This document shows, piece by piece, positions 49,140 through 60,810 of a DNA stretch of 64,000 nucleotides; the first letter of the stretch is position 1; every line of letters starts with the position of its first letter. The notes under the pieces were generated by a model. It searched no databases and was not told the DNA's origin. It was given only the letters and a program-made list of their open reading frames with translations. A program made the translations under genes and the position numbers. Where the stretch lies: sequence record SRR31156797_6845; one strand, given 5' to 3'.

Positions 49140-50510
49140 ATGCATTCAATGACAAAATCTACTAAAAACCCGATACTGGCTTTTTTCTCTTCGGTGCAAT
49201 TAGCCCTGTTCTTGCTGTTTGTTCTAGCTGGAACCTCCATAATTGGCACAATTATTCCCCAGAATTCAGCGGCATCCTTTTACGCCAAGCAGTATGGCCC
49301 TCAAATGGCCAGGTTCCTTGAGCTAATGAAACTCACCGATATGTACAATTCCTGGTGGTTTCTCCTACTGTTACTGCTCTTTGCCATAAACCTTATTGTC
49401 TGCAGTTTGGACCGCATACCCCAAGTTATCAGAATTATAAAAAAAGATAACCTGGCAACACCCCCCGAGCGTTTACAGAAGATGTCACTGAGTTCTTCAT
49501 TCACGTGGCCGGGAAAGATGGAGGCAAGTACTGAAAAAATCCGCAGTATACTGAGTAACGCTAAATGGAGCTCAAGCCAGAGGGATAACGAACAAGGCAC
49601 TCTCTTTTTTGCAGAAAAGGGTCCATGGACACGATTTGGGGTCTACATTGTCCATATTTCTATTCTTATTATTCTCATTGGTGCAGTTATTGGCTCCTCA
49701 ATGATCGCCAAAAAAATCCTGCACAAGCCTTCATTCGCGTTTAAAGGATCTATCATGATCCCAGAAACCAGGCAAACTGATGTCATTTACAGTTTCAAAG
49801 GCGGGCAACCCATTGATCTTGGATTTACCATACGCTGCAACTTTTTCGACATAGAATATTATAGCAACGGGATGCCCAAGACCTACCTTTCCAAGGTAAC
49901 TGTGCTGGAAAACGATCAGGAAGTTTTATCAACAGATATAGAGGTAAACACCCCACTGACTTACAAAGGGATTACATTCTACCAATCAAGCTATCAGCCC
50001 TACCAGGATTTTGTCATTTCGCTGCAAAAAATAGGTACGGACAAACAGATAAAGAGAGTTGTCGCTCCTGCAAAACAACTAGAATGGCAGGAAGGTGGAA
50101 TATTGTTTGGTATTATCAACCAGGAATCCCGGGGAAAGGTTGCCCAAAGGGTAAAGGTCTGGCTGACTGACAATCAAGGCGAGCCTTCAACCTTCTGGGT
50201 TAATATAGGCCAGGAAGCACGGGTGGAGCGCCCTTCCGGCTCCTATACATTTAGTGCCAAACAACTCTATGCCACTGGGCTGCAGGTCACCAAGGATCCT
50301 GGTGTATGGCTGGTATACGGTGGCTGCATCTTAATGCTGGTAGGTCTGTACATTGCGTTTTTCATGTCTCATCGAAAACTCTTTGTTTTTATACAGCAAA
50401 AAGGTGAAAACACAGAAATCATTTTTGCTGGTAATACCAATAAAAACAAAATAGGGTTTGAAAAAACCTTCAAAAGCTTGGCAACCCATTTTGCTGAGAA
50501 GAATGATTAG
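49140..50510 (+). CDS. resB: System II cytochrome c biogenesis protein ResB/Ccs1
   Basis: SIIGTIIPQ, YNSWWF, VHISIL, IEVNTPL...FYQSS, TGLQVTKDPG. Confidence 0.92.
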   Translation: MHSMTKSTKNPILAFFSSVQLALFLLFVLAGTSIIGTIIPQNSAASFYAKQYGPQMARFLELMKLTDMYNSWWFLLLLLLFAINLIVCSLDRIPQVIRIIKKDNLATPPERLQKMSLSSSFTWPGKMEASTEKIRSILSNAKWSSSQRDNEQGTLFFAEKGPWTRFGVYIVHISILIILIGAVIGSSMIAKKILHKPSFAFKGSIMIPETRQTDVIYSFKGGQPIDLGFTIRCNFFDIEYYSNGMPKTYLSKVTVLENDQEVLSTDIEVNTPLTYKGITFYQSSYQPYQDFVISLQKIGTDKQIKRVVAPAKQLEWQEGGILFGIINQESRGKVAQRVKVWLTDNQGEPSTFWVNIGQEARVERPSGSYTFSAKQLYATGLQVTKDPGVWLVYGGCILMLVGLYIAFFMSHRKLFVFIQQKGENTEIIFAGNTNKNKIGFEKTFKSLATHFAEKND

Positions 50511-50625
50511 CTTTTGGTCCACTCTTATTACTCGGCCTATTACAGACAATCCAGGTAAGCAGCAGAACTTTTCCTGACCATACAAGAGTGGTTTAAACGT
50601 AACTCTATCAGCCTACGGAATTTTC

Positions 50626-51477
50626 ATGAACAGTTCACAACTTTTCGGCATCACAATGATAGCCTACCTGCTATCAACAGCTTTTTATCTCGCGCTTCTC
50701 CTTTTTAAAAGTAAGAAAGTCGGTTTCATAGGTATGCTCCTTGCCGCCAGCGGCTTAATAGTTCAAACCATTGGTATCGGCATGCGCTGGTACGAGTCCT
50801 ACCAAATTGGTATTGGCCATGCGCCTCTGACCAACATGTACGAATCACTTATTTTCTTTTCATGGTGTACCGCCTTGTTCTACCTCTTCATGGAAATAAA
50901 ATATAAAACCAGAATCATTGGCGCATTTGTTATGCCTTTTGCATTCGTTTCCATTGCCTACGCCTCATTTTCAGACAGGATCAATGACCAGATAAGCCCC
51001 CTTATCCCTGCTCTGCAATCAAACTGGCTTATTGCCCATGTTGTTACCTGCTTTATTGGCTATGGTGCTTTTGCTGTTGCCGGTTCGCTAGGGTTTATGT
51101 ACTTGTTGAAGGCAGGTGCTGATCAAAAAGGAAGTGCAGCTCCTTCCTTATTTTCCTCTTTACCCGAATTAAAAATTATTGATGACCTGACCCACAAAAC
51201 CATTGTGTTTGGTTTTATGTGGTTGTCGGCTGGTATTATTACCGGTGCCATTTGGGCTAATGAAGCTTGGGGAACATACTGGAGCTGGGACCCTAAGGAA
51301 ACCTGGTCCATCATCACCTGGTTTGTGTACGCCATTACTCTTCATGCCCGTTTCACCAGAGGCTGGGGAGGAAAACGCATTGCCTGGCTTGCCATCATCG
51401 GCTTTATTGCTGTATTTTTCACCTATTTCGGTGTTAACTTTCTTCTTTCAGGGCTTCACAGCTACGGTTCAAGTTAA
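50626..51477 (+). CDS. ccsA: System II cytochrome c synthase CcsA/ResC
   Basis: PLTNMYES, PALQSNWL.AH, WWD motif WANEAWGTYWSWDPKETW, GLHSY. Confidence 0.95.
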   Translation: MNSSQLFGITMIAYLLSTAFYLALLLFKSKKVGFIGMLLAASGLIVQTIGIGMRWYESYQIGIGHAPLTNMYESLIFFSWCTALFYLFMEIKYKTRIIGAFVMPFAFVSIAYASFSDRINDQISPLIPALQSNWLIAHVVTCFIGYGAFAVAGSLGFMYLLKAGADQKGSAAPSLFSSLPELKIIDDLTHKTIVFGFMWLSAGIITGAIWANEAWGTYWSWDPKETWSIITWFVYAITLHARFTRGWGGKRIAWLAIIGFIAVFFTYFGVNFLLSGLHSYGSS

Positions 51478-51553
51478 TGCGCTGACAAACAGATTTCTGT
51501 CAGAATGTAACTATATTCGAGGAGGTTACACACCTTCTTTACCTGGACATCTG

Positions 51554-51582
51554 TTGACAAGGTAGGGTTAACGAGCTATACA
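51554..51582 (+). promoter_or_regulatory. Sigma70-type promoter for cytochrome c3
   Basis: TTGACA-N17-TATACA. Confidence 0.65.
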
Positions 51583-51640
51583 ACTAACGTTCATTAGTTG
51601 CTTTATGTTCATATACCAATAATATCAAAGGAGGATTGAT

Positions 51641-52039
51641 ATGAAAAAAATTTTAGCATGCTGTGCAGCTTTAGCACTCATGGGTATGGTAAGTTTTGGA
51701 GTCGCAACTGCCAGCGACAAGGGACCTGCCGACATGACACTGGAATCAACGATTGACAAAGCCAAAAAGGCTAAGCCATCCATCTTTCCCCATGCTGACC
51801 ATCAGGGTCGACTGGAATGCGGAGTATGCCATCACGCAAAAGATGATGCCGGTAAACAGGTCGCCTATGTGGACGGGCAAAAAATTGAAAAATGTGAATC
51901 CTGCCATAATAAAGGCGAAACCATGCCTAAAAAACTGGCTACCTTCAAAGGCGCTGCCCACGCCCAATGCAAGGCCTGCCACGCTAAGACCTCAAAAGAT
52001 CTTGCAAAATGTGGAGTGTGTCATCCCAAAAAAGGATGA
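51641..52039 (+). CDS. Periplasmic tetraheme cytochrome c3
   Basis: Signal peptide; FPHADH, CGVCHH, CESCH, HAQCKACH, CGVCH; RBS AAGGAGG. Confidence 0.93.
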   Translation: MKKILACCAALALMGMVSFGVATASDKGPADMTLESTIDKAKKAKPSIFPHADHQGRLECGVCHHAKDDAGKQVAYVDGQKIEKCESCHNKGETMPKKLATFKGAAHAQCKACHAKTSKDLAKCGVCHPKKG

Positions 52040-52054
52040 TCACCTTTTCTCATA

Positions 52055-52101
52055 ACGCATAAAAAAAGGCTGCTCAACTTGAGCAGCCTTTTTTTATGCG
52101 T
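52055..52101. terminator. Bidirectional intrinsic terminator
   Basis: Perfect 23-bp inverted repeat with A7/T7 tracts between convergent c3 and glyS. Confidence 0.9.
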
Positions 52102-52117
52102 GAAAAATAATAAATTA

Positions 52118-54193
52118 CTACTCTACATGCATCTTTGAAATATCACCGACTTCCAGAACCAACTCACCCAGTGCTGTCAGCAGGTTCAACCTATTCTGCC
52201 TGATCTCTGCATCCTCTGCCATGACCATCACATCATCAAAAAAACGGTCAACGGGAGATTTCATTTCAAGCATCTCTAGCAAGGCTTTATCATATTGCTT
52301 TTGTTCAAGTAATGGTAAGGCTTTAGCACGAACGGTTTCAAGGGTGGCATAAAGATCCTTCTCTGCAGCATCACTTAACAGGTTCGGATCGACCTCGGTT
52401 GTAGTATTATCTTTGATAATGTTCCTGATACGTTTAAATGCACTGGCAAGAACCGCAAAGCCTTCCTGATTACGAATCCCATTCAAGGCTTGAATACGCT
52501 CAAGGCAATCAATTGGATTATCAAACCCTGTACCTGTAGCAGCATCAACCACTTCCTGCAGCAATCCAGAGGCTACCTGTTCATTTTCAAAACGTAACCG
52601 TATATATGCCACAATCTCATCAGCTGTTTGATCCTCAACATTAATCTGGTCTTCGTAGGCAGCCAAAGCCGCTTTAACGAATGTAGGAAGTGAGATGTTA
52701 AGATTCAGCCCTTTTAAGATATTGAGCACACCAATAGCCTGCCGGCGAAGGCCAAAAGCATCTTTATTACCAGTCGGTCTTTCACCTATGGCAAAACAGC
52801 CAGCAAGAGTATCAAGACGATCGGCTAACCCAACAAATGCACCGGGTAAGGAAGCAGGGAGCTCCCCTGCAGCCCGAACAGGCATATAATGCTCATGAAT
52901 GGCCAGCGCAACAGCTTTTTCTTCACCATCATTGAGCGCGTATTCACTGCCAATTATTCCCTGCAAAGAAGGAAATTCGCCGACCATTTCGGTAAGCAAA
53001 TCTGCTTTTGCAAGCCTGGCTGCTCGCATTGTGACATCTTTTAAAGCAGGTTGTATCTCATCAGCAAGCATGCCGGCAATTTTTTCCATTCTCTTGCTTT
53101 TGGCAAGCATGGTCCCAAGCTGATGTTGAAAAATAATCCCCTCCAGCTGATCTAATCTGTCACTGAGTTTTCGTTTTTTATCTTCATTAAAAAAGAACAA
53201 CCCATCCTCAAGGCGAGCTCGCAAGACTCTTTCATGGCCGCTGGCTGCAAGATCTATATCTTCAATATCTGTATTATTTACGGCCACAAAACGGGGGAGG
53301 AGTTTTCCCTCTGTATCAGCAACAGGAAAATACTTCTGATGTTCACGCATGGAGGTTATCAACGCTTCATCAGGCAGGGTAAGGAATTTTTCATCAAAAC
53401 TTCCACAGACACCATAGGGCTTTTCAACCAAGTTGCTTACCGTATCTATCAAACCTTCATGGAGTACAGGTTGAGCATTTTCTATCCCGGAACGCTCACG
53501 TACCGCACGCTCTACCTCACTGATTACGAGTTTTCGTCGTTTATCGTTTTCAACCACCACATATTTGCTAGCCAAAGTGGAGATATACTGATTGGACCCA
53601 GTAACTTCCACTACATCAGGAGACATAAAACGATGCCCACGGGTGGTCGTGCCGGCGGTAACGCCTTCAAAGGTCAGAGCGACTAACTGCCCACCATAAA
53701 GAGTGACTAACCACTGAATGGGTCGAACAAATCCTGTGGTGGTCTCAGCCCATCGCATCGACTTTGGGAAACCCAACTCTCGAATAAGCGATTCAAGTAC
53801 ACCGGGAAGCAACGAGATGGTTTCTTGCCCTTGCACATCTTCAACAGCCATTAAATATTCACCTTTGGCTGTCTTGGTAACCTGAAGATCCCCAGGTTCC
53901 ATACCTTTGGAACGCGCAAAACCAATGGCCGCCTTAGTTGGATTGCCATCAGCATCATAGCCGGCGCTGGTTGAGGGCCCGACATGTTCCAAGCTTCTAT
54001 CAGCTTGGCGCTCTTCGATATAATCAACGACCAGAGTCAGCCTCCTCGGGGTGGCAAAAGTCTTAAAACCACTACAGTTGAGGCCAAGTCCTTTCAGTTT
54101 CTTTTCTGCCTCTGATTGTAAAAAATCAAGTGCCGGCTGAATATATCCAGCAGGTATTTCCTCGGTCCCAATTTCAAATAGTAGCTCGCTCAT
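52118..54193 (-). CDS. glyS: Glycine-tRNA ligase beta subunit
   Basis: LLFEIGTEEIP, TPRRL, FPKSMRW, HQKYF, RARLED, KADL.TEMVGEFP.LQG, FFDDVMV...NRL. Confidence 0.97.
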   Translation of the reverse strand: MSELLFEIGTEEIPAGYIQPALDFLQSEAEKKLKGLGLNCSGFKTFATPRRLTLVVDYIEERQADRSLEHVGPSTSAGYDADGNPTKAAIGFARSKGMEPGDLQVTKTAKGEYLMAVEDVQGQETISLLPGVLESLIRELGFPKSMRWAETTTGFVRPIQWLVTLYGGQLVALTFEGVTAGTTTRGHRFMSPDVVEVTGSNQYISTLASKYVVVENDKRRKLVISEVERAVRERSGIENAQPVLHEGLIDTVSNLVEKPYGVCGSFDEKFLTLPDEALITSMREHQKYFPVADTEGKLLPRFVAVNNTDIEDIDLAASGHERVLRARLEDGLFFFNEDKKRKLSDRLDQLEGIIFQHQLGTMLAKSKRMEKIAGMLADEIQPALKDVTMRAARLAKADLLTEMVGEFPSLQGIIGSEYALNDGEEKAVALAIHEHYMPVRAAGELPASLPGAFVGLADRLDTLAGCFAIGERPTGNKDAFGLRRQAIGVLNILKGLNLNISLPTFVKAALAAYEDQINVEDQTADEIVAYIRLRFENEQVASGLLQEVVDAATGTGFDNPIDCLERIQALNGIRNQEGFAVLASAFKRIRNIIKDNTTTEVDPNLLSDAAEKDLYATLETVRAKALPLLEQKQYDKALLEMLEMKSPVDRFFDDVMVMAEDAEIRQNRLNLLTALGELVLEVGDISKMHVE

Positions 54194-54441
54194 TGCTGTC
54201 CGTAGATGTAATTAGCTCAAATGGTAAATAATAGGTGCTGCATGATTTTTCTTATCCCATTGCAACACAATTTTTATAGTCTCTTTTCACAGGCTTTTCA
54301 AGAAAACAAGACCTGAAACGGTCTGATAGGATACAACCTTACTCTAATGAGAAAATGCCAGCAATAACAGATACCTTCCGGCAAGAAAACGATAACCTGA
54401 AAAGTGATGCGCCAAACGGTACGTCCAGGAGGTATAAAAGG

Positions 54442-55170
54442 TCAAATATTTCCGCCACCGGCCATTGGCCCTTCAACCGAAGCAGATGTTGTATACCCAC
54501 TGGTAACATTTTCAACAACCACCTTATACCACGAGAAAGCGGAGTGTCCAACCAAAGCAGAACCAAGTCTTCGACAAATGGTTTCAGCGCTGCTTCCGAT
54601 ACCGGCAGGCTGTGCAGCATTATTTTCAATGAGTTCAATCAAGTCCTCAAGCCATAGAAAATGGCTTAACTTAACTGAAACAATGACTGTCCCCCAGAAG
54701 CCGGCCCCACCATCACCCGCGCCTAGATCGGATCCTTTGCCTTTCAACAAAGGTACAGGAACCTCTACTTCAACCACCAGATCGAGCTCTTCTTCAAGAG
54801 AACCAATCATCCTGCAATCATATCGTTGTGATTTGAACAAAGTATGTAAATTTGCAGAGGTAAAGAAATAGGGAAATGCGATTTCAATGTGTGATGCCTC
54901 AGCTTGAAGACGAGTTTTCATCTCTTGAAGAATGAGGTGCAGGGTTTCAAGATTAAATCGCCCATGGAAGCGATTAAGAATCTCAATGAACCTACTCATA
55001 TGAGTCCCTTTAAATCGATGGGGCAGGTTCACGTACATATTAACAACTGCAACAGTTTCCTGCGTTTTTCTCGCTTTATCCAAGACGGTAACGGGGTAGG
55101 AGATATTTTTCACACCTACCTTACGTATATCAATCCGTCTCGTATCCTCCAGGCTCTGAATGTCTTTCAT
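54442..55170 (-). CDS. FolE2 (GTP cyclohydrolase IB)-like protein with degenerate C-terminal half
   Basis: MKDIQ..D.R.I.I.KVGV, KGTHMSRF and FPYF are FolE2-like; the CPCS, AHNQR and ESIH motifs are missing. Confidence 0.75.
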   Translation of the reverse strand: MKDIQSLEDTRRIDIRKVGVKNISYPVTVLDKARKTQETVAVVNMYVNLPHRFKGTHMSRFIEILNRFHGRFNLETLHLILQEMKTRLQAEASHIEIAFPYFFTSANLHTLFKSQRYDCRMIGSLEEELDLVVEVEVPVPLLKGKGSDLGAGDGGAGFWGTVIVSVKLSHFLWLEDLIELIENNAAQPAGIGSSAETICRRLGSALVGHSAFSWYKVVVENVTSGYTTSASVEGPMAGGGNI

Positions 55171-55262
55171 TATATATTTAAAGCTGAATCATCAGGGCGT
55201 TGAAGAGTTTAAAAACAGAAACACCTGCAGAATTCATTTTGCTCGGCAAAAGCCCACAACCA

Positions 55263-55619
55263 TCAAGAAAGGTATTTTTTTACAGCGGCCTTCAACTCAT
55301 CGATGTTGGCTGATTTGACAATATAGGCCTCAGAAGCCCAGGTCCCAAAGTCCTGTTTGAATTCTGGGTAGGCAGAGCAGAGAATAACCGGTAATCTGGA
55401 TTTTTTTTCCTTCATCTGCCGAAGTACCTCTATACCGTTCATACCAGGCATGTTTATATCAAGTATCACTAAATCCGGGTTTTCCTCACTGAATTTTTGC
55501 AGTGCCTCCTCACCATTATAGGCAGAAATCACCTCGTAGCCATCATCTTCGAACTCACCACGGTAGAGCAACTGAATACCCTGTTCGTCATCAACAAGCA
55601 AAATACGTTTTGGTTCCAT
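55263..55619 (-). CDS. Single-domain response regulator
   Basis: LLVDDE, LDINMPGMNG, YIVK. Confidence 0.92.
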   Translation of the reverse strand: MEPKRILLVDDEQGIQLLYRGEFEDDGYEVISAYNGEEALQKFSEENPDLVILDINMPGMNGIEVLRQMKEKKSRLPVILCSAYPEFKQDFGTWASEAYIVKSANIDELKAAVKKYLS

Positions 55620-55626
55620 TTTTCAC

Positions 55627-56625
55627 CTACAGTTCAACTTCCTTGAGGTATTTACAGGTCTCTTCTGGCGGCATTGGATTAATGTAAAACCCGGTTCCCC
55701 ACTCAAAGCCTGCAATGGAGGTTAATTTGGGGACAATTTCAAAGTGCCAGTGATAGTGATCCAGCTGCGGTGAACGAAGCGGCTGGGTATGCAATACAAA
55801 GTTATACGGCGCGTTGGGTATACAGGCATCAAGCCTTCTCAGACTTTGTGAGAAAATGTCAGTCAGTGCCTGCAAGGACGCTTCATCTTGTGCGGCATAA
55901 TTGGAATGATGATAACGCGGTATAATCCACATCTCAAAGGGCGACCGAGGTGCATAAGGGGTGATAGTTATAAAATAGTCATTTTCGCATACCCTTCGTA
56001 TATCCTGCTGTCTCTCCTGCCTAATTATATCGCAGAATATGCATCTATCCTTGTATTTATAATACGAAAGGCTGCCCTCAAGTTCCGAGGAAACCCTCCT
56101 CGGTACAATGGGTAGAGCAACCAGTTGGGAGTGCGAATGTTCAAGGGAAGCCCCGGCTGCCTTGCCAAAATTTTTAAAGACCATTACATATCGAAACCTT
56201 TCATCCTTTGCAAGATCTCGAATGCGGTCACGAAAGGCTCTGAAGGTGAAAATCATCTCTTCTGGCGGCAGCGCGGAAAATGTTTTTTCATGGGAAGGGT
56301 TTTCAATAATTACTTCATGGGCACCGATACCATTCATTCGGTCATAAAGTCCTTCACCCTGCTTTTCCAACTCACCTTCAATGACAAGTGCCGGATACTT
56401 GTTGGGTACTACGCGTGTTTGCCACCCCGAAGAATTCGCCAGACCGCCATCCCGTCCGTAAACAAGAACTTCATCAGGCGTTGTTTTTTCATGACCGGGA
56501 CAAAGAGGGCAAAATCCTCCTTTCACCTCGTATTCGTCAACCATAAAATCGGTTGGCCGCTTCCCTCTTTCCTGGGCAATAATAATCCATCGCCCCAAAA
56601 TGGGGTCTTTTCTTAATTCAGGCAT
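55627..56625 (-). CDS. galT: GalT-family hexose-1-phosphate nucleotidyltransferase
   Basis: ELRKDP, RGKRP, CPLCPG, NKYPAL, GASLEHSHSQ, CIFC, GFEWGTG. Confidence 0.88.
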   Translation of the reverse strand: MPELRKDPILGRWIIIAQERGKRPTDFMVDEYEVKGGFCPLCPGHEKTTPDEVLVYGRDGGLANSSGWQTRVVPNKYPALVIEGELEKQGEGLYDRMNGIGAHEVIIENPSHEKTFSALPPEEMIFTFRAFRDRIRDLAKDERFRYVMVFKNFGKAAGASLEHSHSQLVALPIVPRRVSSELEGSLSYYKYKDRCIFCDIIRQERQQDIRRVCENDYFITITPYAPRSPFEMWIIPRYHHSNYAAQDEASLQALTDIFSQSLRRLDACIPNAPYNFVLHTQPLRSPQLDHYHWHFEIVPKLTSIAGFEWGTGFYINPMPPEETCKYLKEVEL

Positions 56626-56632
56626 AACCCCT

Positions 56633-56995
56633 CTAGCGCCCCTGCGCCTTTTCCCGCTGTTCCAGCATGGTTTTACAATCAATACAATAAGTAGCTACAG
56701 GTCTGGCCTTAAGCCGTTTGACAGAAATATCCTCGCCGCAGCCTTCACAAATACCGTAAATACCTTCATCAATCCGATTGAGAGCCTCGTCCACCTTATC
56801 CATAAGTTTACGCTCTCTTCCACGAATACGAAGTTCAAAACTCCTGTCAGACTCTACACTTGCTCGATCATTGGGATCAGGAATATTACCTTCTTGATGC
56901 GCTATCTCTGTTAACGTCTGTTCAACGTCAGAAGAAATATCATTTTTAATCGCCTCAAGTTGTTCTTTTAATTGCGCCAAATCCTTTTCATCCAT
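56633..56995 (-). CDS. dksA: RNA polymerase-binding protein DksA
   Basis: PDPNDRA coiled-coil tip; C4 zinc finger CEGC...RLKARP...CIDC. Confidence 0.93.
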   Translation of the reverse strand: MDEKDLAQLKEQLEAIKNDISSDVEQTLTEIAHQEGNIPDPNDRASVESDRSFELRIRGRERKLMDKVDEALNRIDEGIYGICEGCGEDISVKRLKARPVATYCIDCKTMLEQREKAQGR

Positions 56996-57042
56996 ATCAG
57001 CAGACTCCAACAAACTGGTTTAATAATATTTTGGGTAGTATA

Positions 57043-57537
57043 TCATTCTGTTACTGATCTTTCAAACAAACCACTTTTACCGCCACTTTTTTTCAACAGC
57101 CTAATGTCAGAAATCTCCATGCTTTTATCAACCGCCTTGCACATATCATAGATGGTCAAAGCGGCAACAGAAACAGCAGTAAGCGCCTCCATCTCAACAC
57201 CGGTTTTTCCGGTAATTGATACAGTAGCTATTATATGGATTGCTTTTTGCTCCTCATTAAGGGAGAAATCAATATCAACACCGGTAATTGCAAGAGGATG
57301 ACAAAGGGGAATGAGCTGATCCACCTTTTTGACTGCCATTACCCCGGCAATTCGAGCTACCCCAAGCACATCACCCTTTTCAACATTTCCTTGGCGTACT
57401 AAAGCGAACGCCTGGTCGGACATGGAGATAGTTCCCTCAGCGGTAGCCTTGCGGCGTGTGTCATTTTTTCCACCCACATCCACCATACGGGCATTACCGG
57501 CTTCATCAAAATGGGACAGAGGATTTTCTTCAACCAT
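57043..57537 (-). CDS. moaC: Cyclic pyranopterin monophosphate synthase
   Basis: [42 protein letters not shown]. Confidence 0.96.
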   Translation of the reverse strand: MVEENPLSHFDEAGNARMVDVGGKNDTRRKATAEGTISMSDQAFALVRQGNVEKGDVLGVARIAGVMAVKKVDQLIPLCHPLAITGVDIDFSLNEEQKAIHIIATVSITGKTGVEMEALTAVSVAALTIYDMCKAVDKSMEISDIRLLKKSGGKSGLFERSVTE

Positions 57538-58681
57538 TGGCAACCTTATCTGTTTTATCCGCTTTCTTTTTCTGTTTACTTATATGGGTATGGAAAAGAC
57601 GGGCAAAAAAGCCTTCTTCTTCACGTTCTTTGCACATTCCATCGAACTCTTTAAGTAATTCTTTTTGCTGTTTTGTTAACTTGACAGGTGTCTTAACCTG
57701 TGCCTCAACAATCATGTCCCCCTTACCTCCTCCACGAAGGCTTGGCACGCCTTCCTTACGAAGGGTGAAACGATCACCTGATTGGGTTCCCGCAGCAATC
57801 TTAAGTTTTGTAGTCCCATGGATTGTGGGCACATCAACCTCACACCCTAGAGCAGCCTGTACCATCGGTACGGGTAGGCTAAGATAAATAAGCTGACCAT
57901 CACGTTGGAAATGCTCATGCTCTTCAACATGAATAATCACATACAGGTCACCTGATTGACCACCACGGCGACCACCTTCCCCTTCTCCAGTAAGACGCAT
58001 TCTTGATCCGGTATCGACACCAGCGGGAATGCGAATATTGACTTTCTTGCTCTTACTGAGCAGTCCGTCACCATGGCAATCATTACAAGGTTCAGTAATG
58101 ACCTGCCCCGCACCATGACATTGAGGGCAGGTGGTGCTTACCTGAAAAAATCCCTGAGAACGAATAACCTGTCCTCGACCGTGACAACTGGGGCATGTTT
58201 CCGCCCGATACCCAGGCCGGGAACCGGTGCCATCACAAGTAAGACAGGTCTCCTTCTTAGTTATTTCAACCTCACGGTTCACACCGTGTACAGCGTCCAT
58301 AAAGGATATCTGGATATCATAGCGGAGATCATCACCCTGAACAGGTGCGTTGGGATCACGTTGACGAGTGCGTCCTCCAAACCCGAAGATATCTCCAAAC
58401 ATATCGTTAATGTGAGAAAAAATATCGTCATTGTTTCCGGGACCGCTATATCCACTACTTCGCAGACCTTCTTTACCGTAGGTGTCGTAAATCTGCCGTT
58501 TTTGAGCATCACTGAGGACTTCATACGCCTCAGCAGCTTCCTTAAACTTTGACTCCGCATCCTTATCATCCGGATTACGATCAGGATGATATTTCATTGC
58601 TAATTTACGATATGCCTTTTTTATACTCTCAGCAGATGCATCTCTTGATACGCCGAGGAGTTCATAATAGCTCTCACTCAT
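57530..58681 (-). CDS. dnaJ: Chaperone DnaJ (class A)
   Basis: J-domain HPD, G/F region, four CxxCxGxG repeats, C-terminal domain. Confidence 0.96.
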   Translation of the reverse strand: MSESYYELLGVSRDASAESIKKAYRKLAMKYHPDRNPDDKDAESKFKEAAEAYEVLSDAQKRQIYDTYGKEGLRSSGYSGPGNNDDIFSHINDMFGDIFGFGGRTRQRDPNAPVQGDDLRYDIQISFMDAVHGVNREVEITKKETCLTCDGTGSRPGYRAETCPSCHGRGQVIRSQGFFQVSTTCPQCHGAGQVITEPCNDCHGDGLLSKSKKVNIRIPAGVDTGSRMRLTGEGEGGRRGGQSGDLYVIIHVEEHEHFQRDGQLIYLSLPVPMVQAALGCEVDVPTIHGTTKLKIAAGTQSGDRFTLRKEGVPSLRGGGKGDMIVEAQVKTPVKLTKQQKELLKEFDGMCKEREEEGFFARLFHTHISKQKKKADKTDKVANG

Positions 58682-58693
58682 AACTAAACGCTT

Positions 58694-58957
58694 CTATTCG
58701 TTATTGTCACTAGTTTCGGTTTCAGATTCAGTGACTTGGGATCTGCGCTGACGGGGAAGGTCGTGGATATTGTCAAAGGTAACCTCTCCGGAAGCGATCT
58801 CACGAAGTGTCATAACCACTTCCTTATTTTTCCCTGCAGAAAGAAAAGGTTCTCCATTGCGATGCTGGCGAATCCTCTCAACAGCAAGGTGAATCAGGGA
58901 AAATCGATTATCATCCCCGACCTTTTCAAGACAGTCTTCAACAGTAATTCGAGCCAT
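58694..58957 (-). CDS. rpoZ: RNA polymerase omega subunit
   Basis: MARITVEDC...NRF.L...NK.VV.LREIA; RBS GGAGG. Confidence 0.93.
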   Translation of the reverse strand: MARITVEDCLEKVGDDNRFSLIHLAVERIRQHRNGEPFLSAGKNKEVVMTLREIASGEVTFDNIHDLPRQRRSQVTESETETSDNNE

Positions 58958-59084
58958 CTTGTAGCCTCCATAATAAGAAATTCCAGAATGAAATATTCGG
59001 AATATAGAATGTAAAATTTTGGATTCCAGATAAAAAATTTTCGAATGAAACGAGAATCCAGCAATGAATTTTGTAAGCATTCTG

Positions 59085-59121
59085 AAAAAAATGGCAAGGG
59101 GAGCAATATGCTCCCCTGTCA
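59085..59121 (-). terminator. Intrinsic terminator after purA
   Basis: GGGGAGCA/TGCTCCCC stem followed by T7 on the minus strand. Confidence 0.78.
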
Positions 59122-59125
59122 CCAA

Positions 59126-60559
<1,434 letters not shown>

Positions 60560-60796
60560 TTATGGCCACCCCTTCATGCAACTTCAGGAAGTTATGCTGT
60601 TTATTTTAATTTCCCCAAAAAAAAGTTTCAAGAGGGTAATAAGTACCCATGTTATCGGCGCAGTAATCCCTTACCCCCCCCTTTCTTCAAATTGCAGTAT
60701 GTTATCGAGACAAAAGGATACAATTTAACAGAAACGATACTTCCTCGGTTGTTGAGCTCACATTTATATTATATTTGGTTAAACAATTCCCTCTCT

Positions 60797-60810
60797 TTGA
60801 TTTACATCAA
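60797..60810. promoter_or_regulatory. Crp/Fnr-type (HcpR/FNR-box) operator upstream of the ygbA-like gene
   Basis: TTGAT-TTAC-ATCAA, 21 nt before TATAAA (60832-60837), the same geometry as at hcp. Confidence 0.72.

Noticed and set aside
54339-54871. Overlapping alternative ORFs around folE2, and the many 60-180 aa antisense ORFs in the track
   Set aside because: These are shadow ORFs overlapping well-supported genes, with no motifs or RBS; none restores the missing FolE2 motifs by frameshift.
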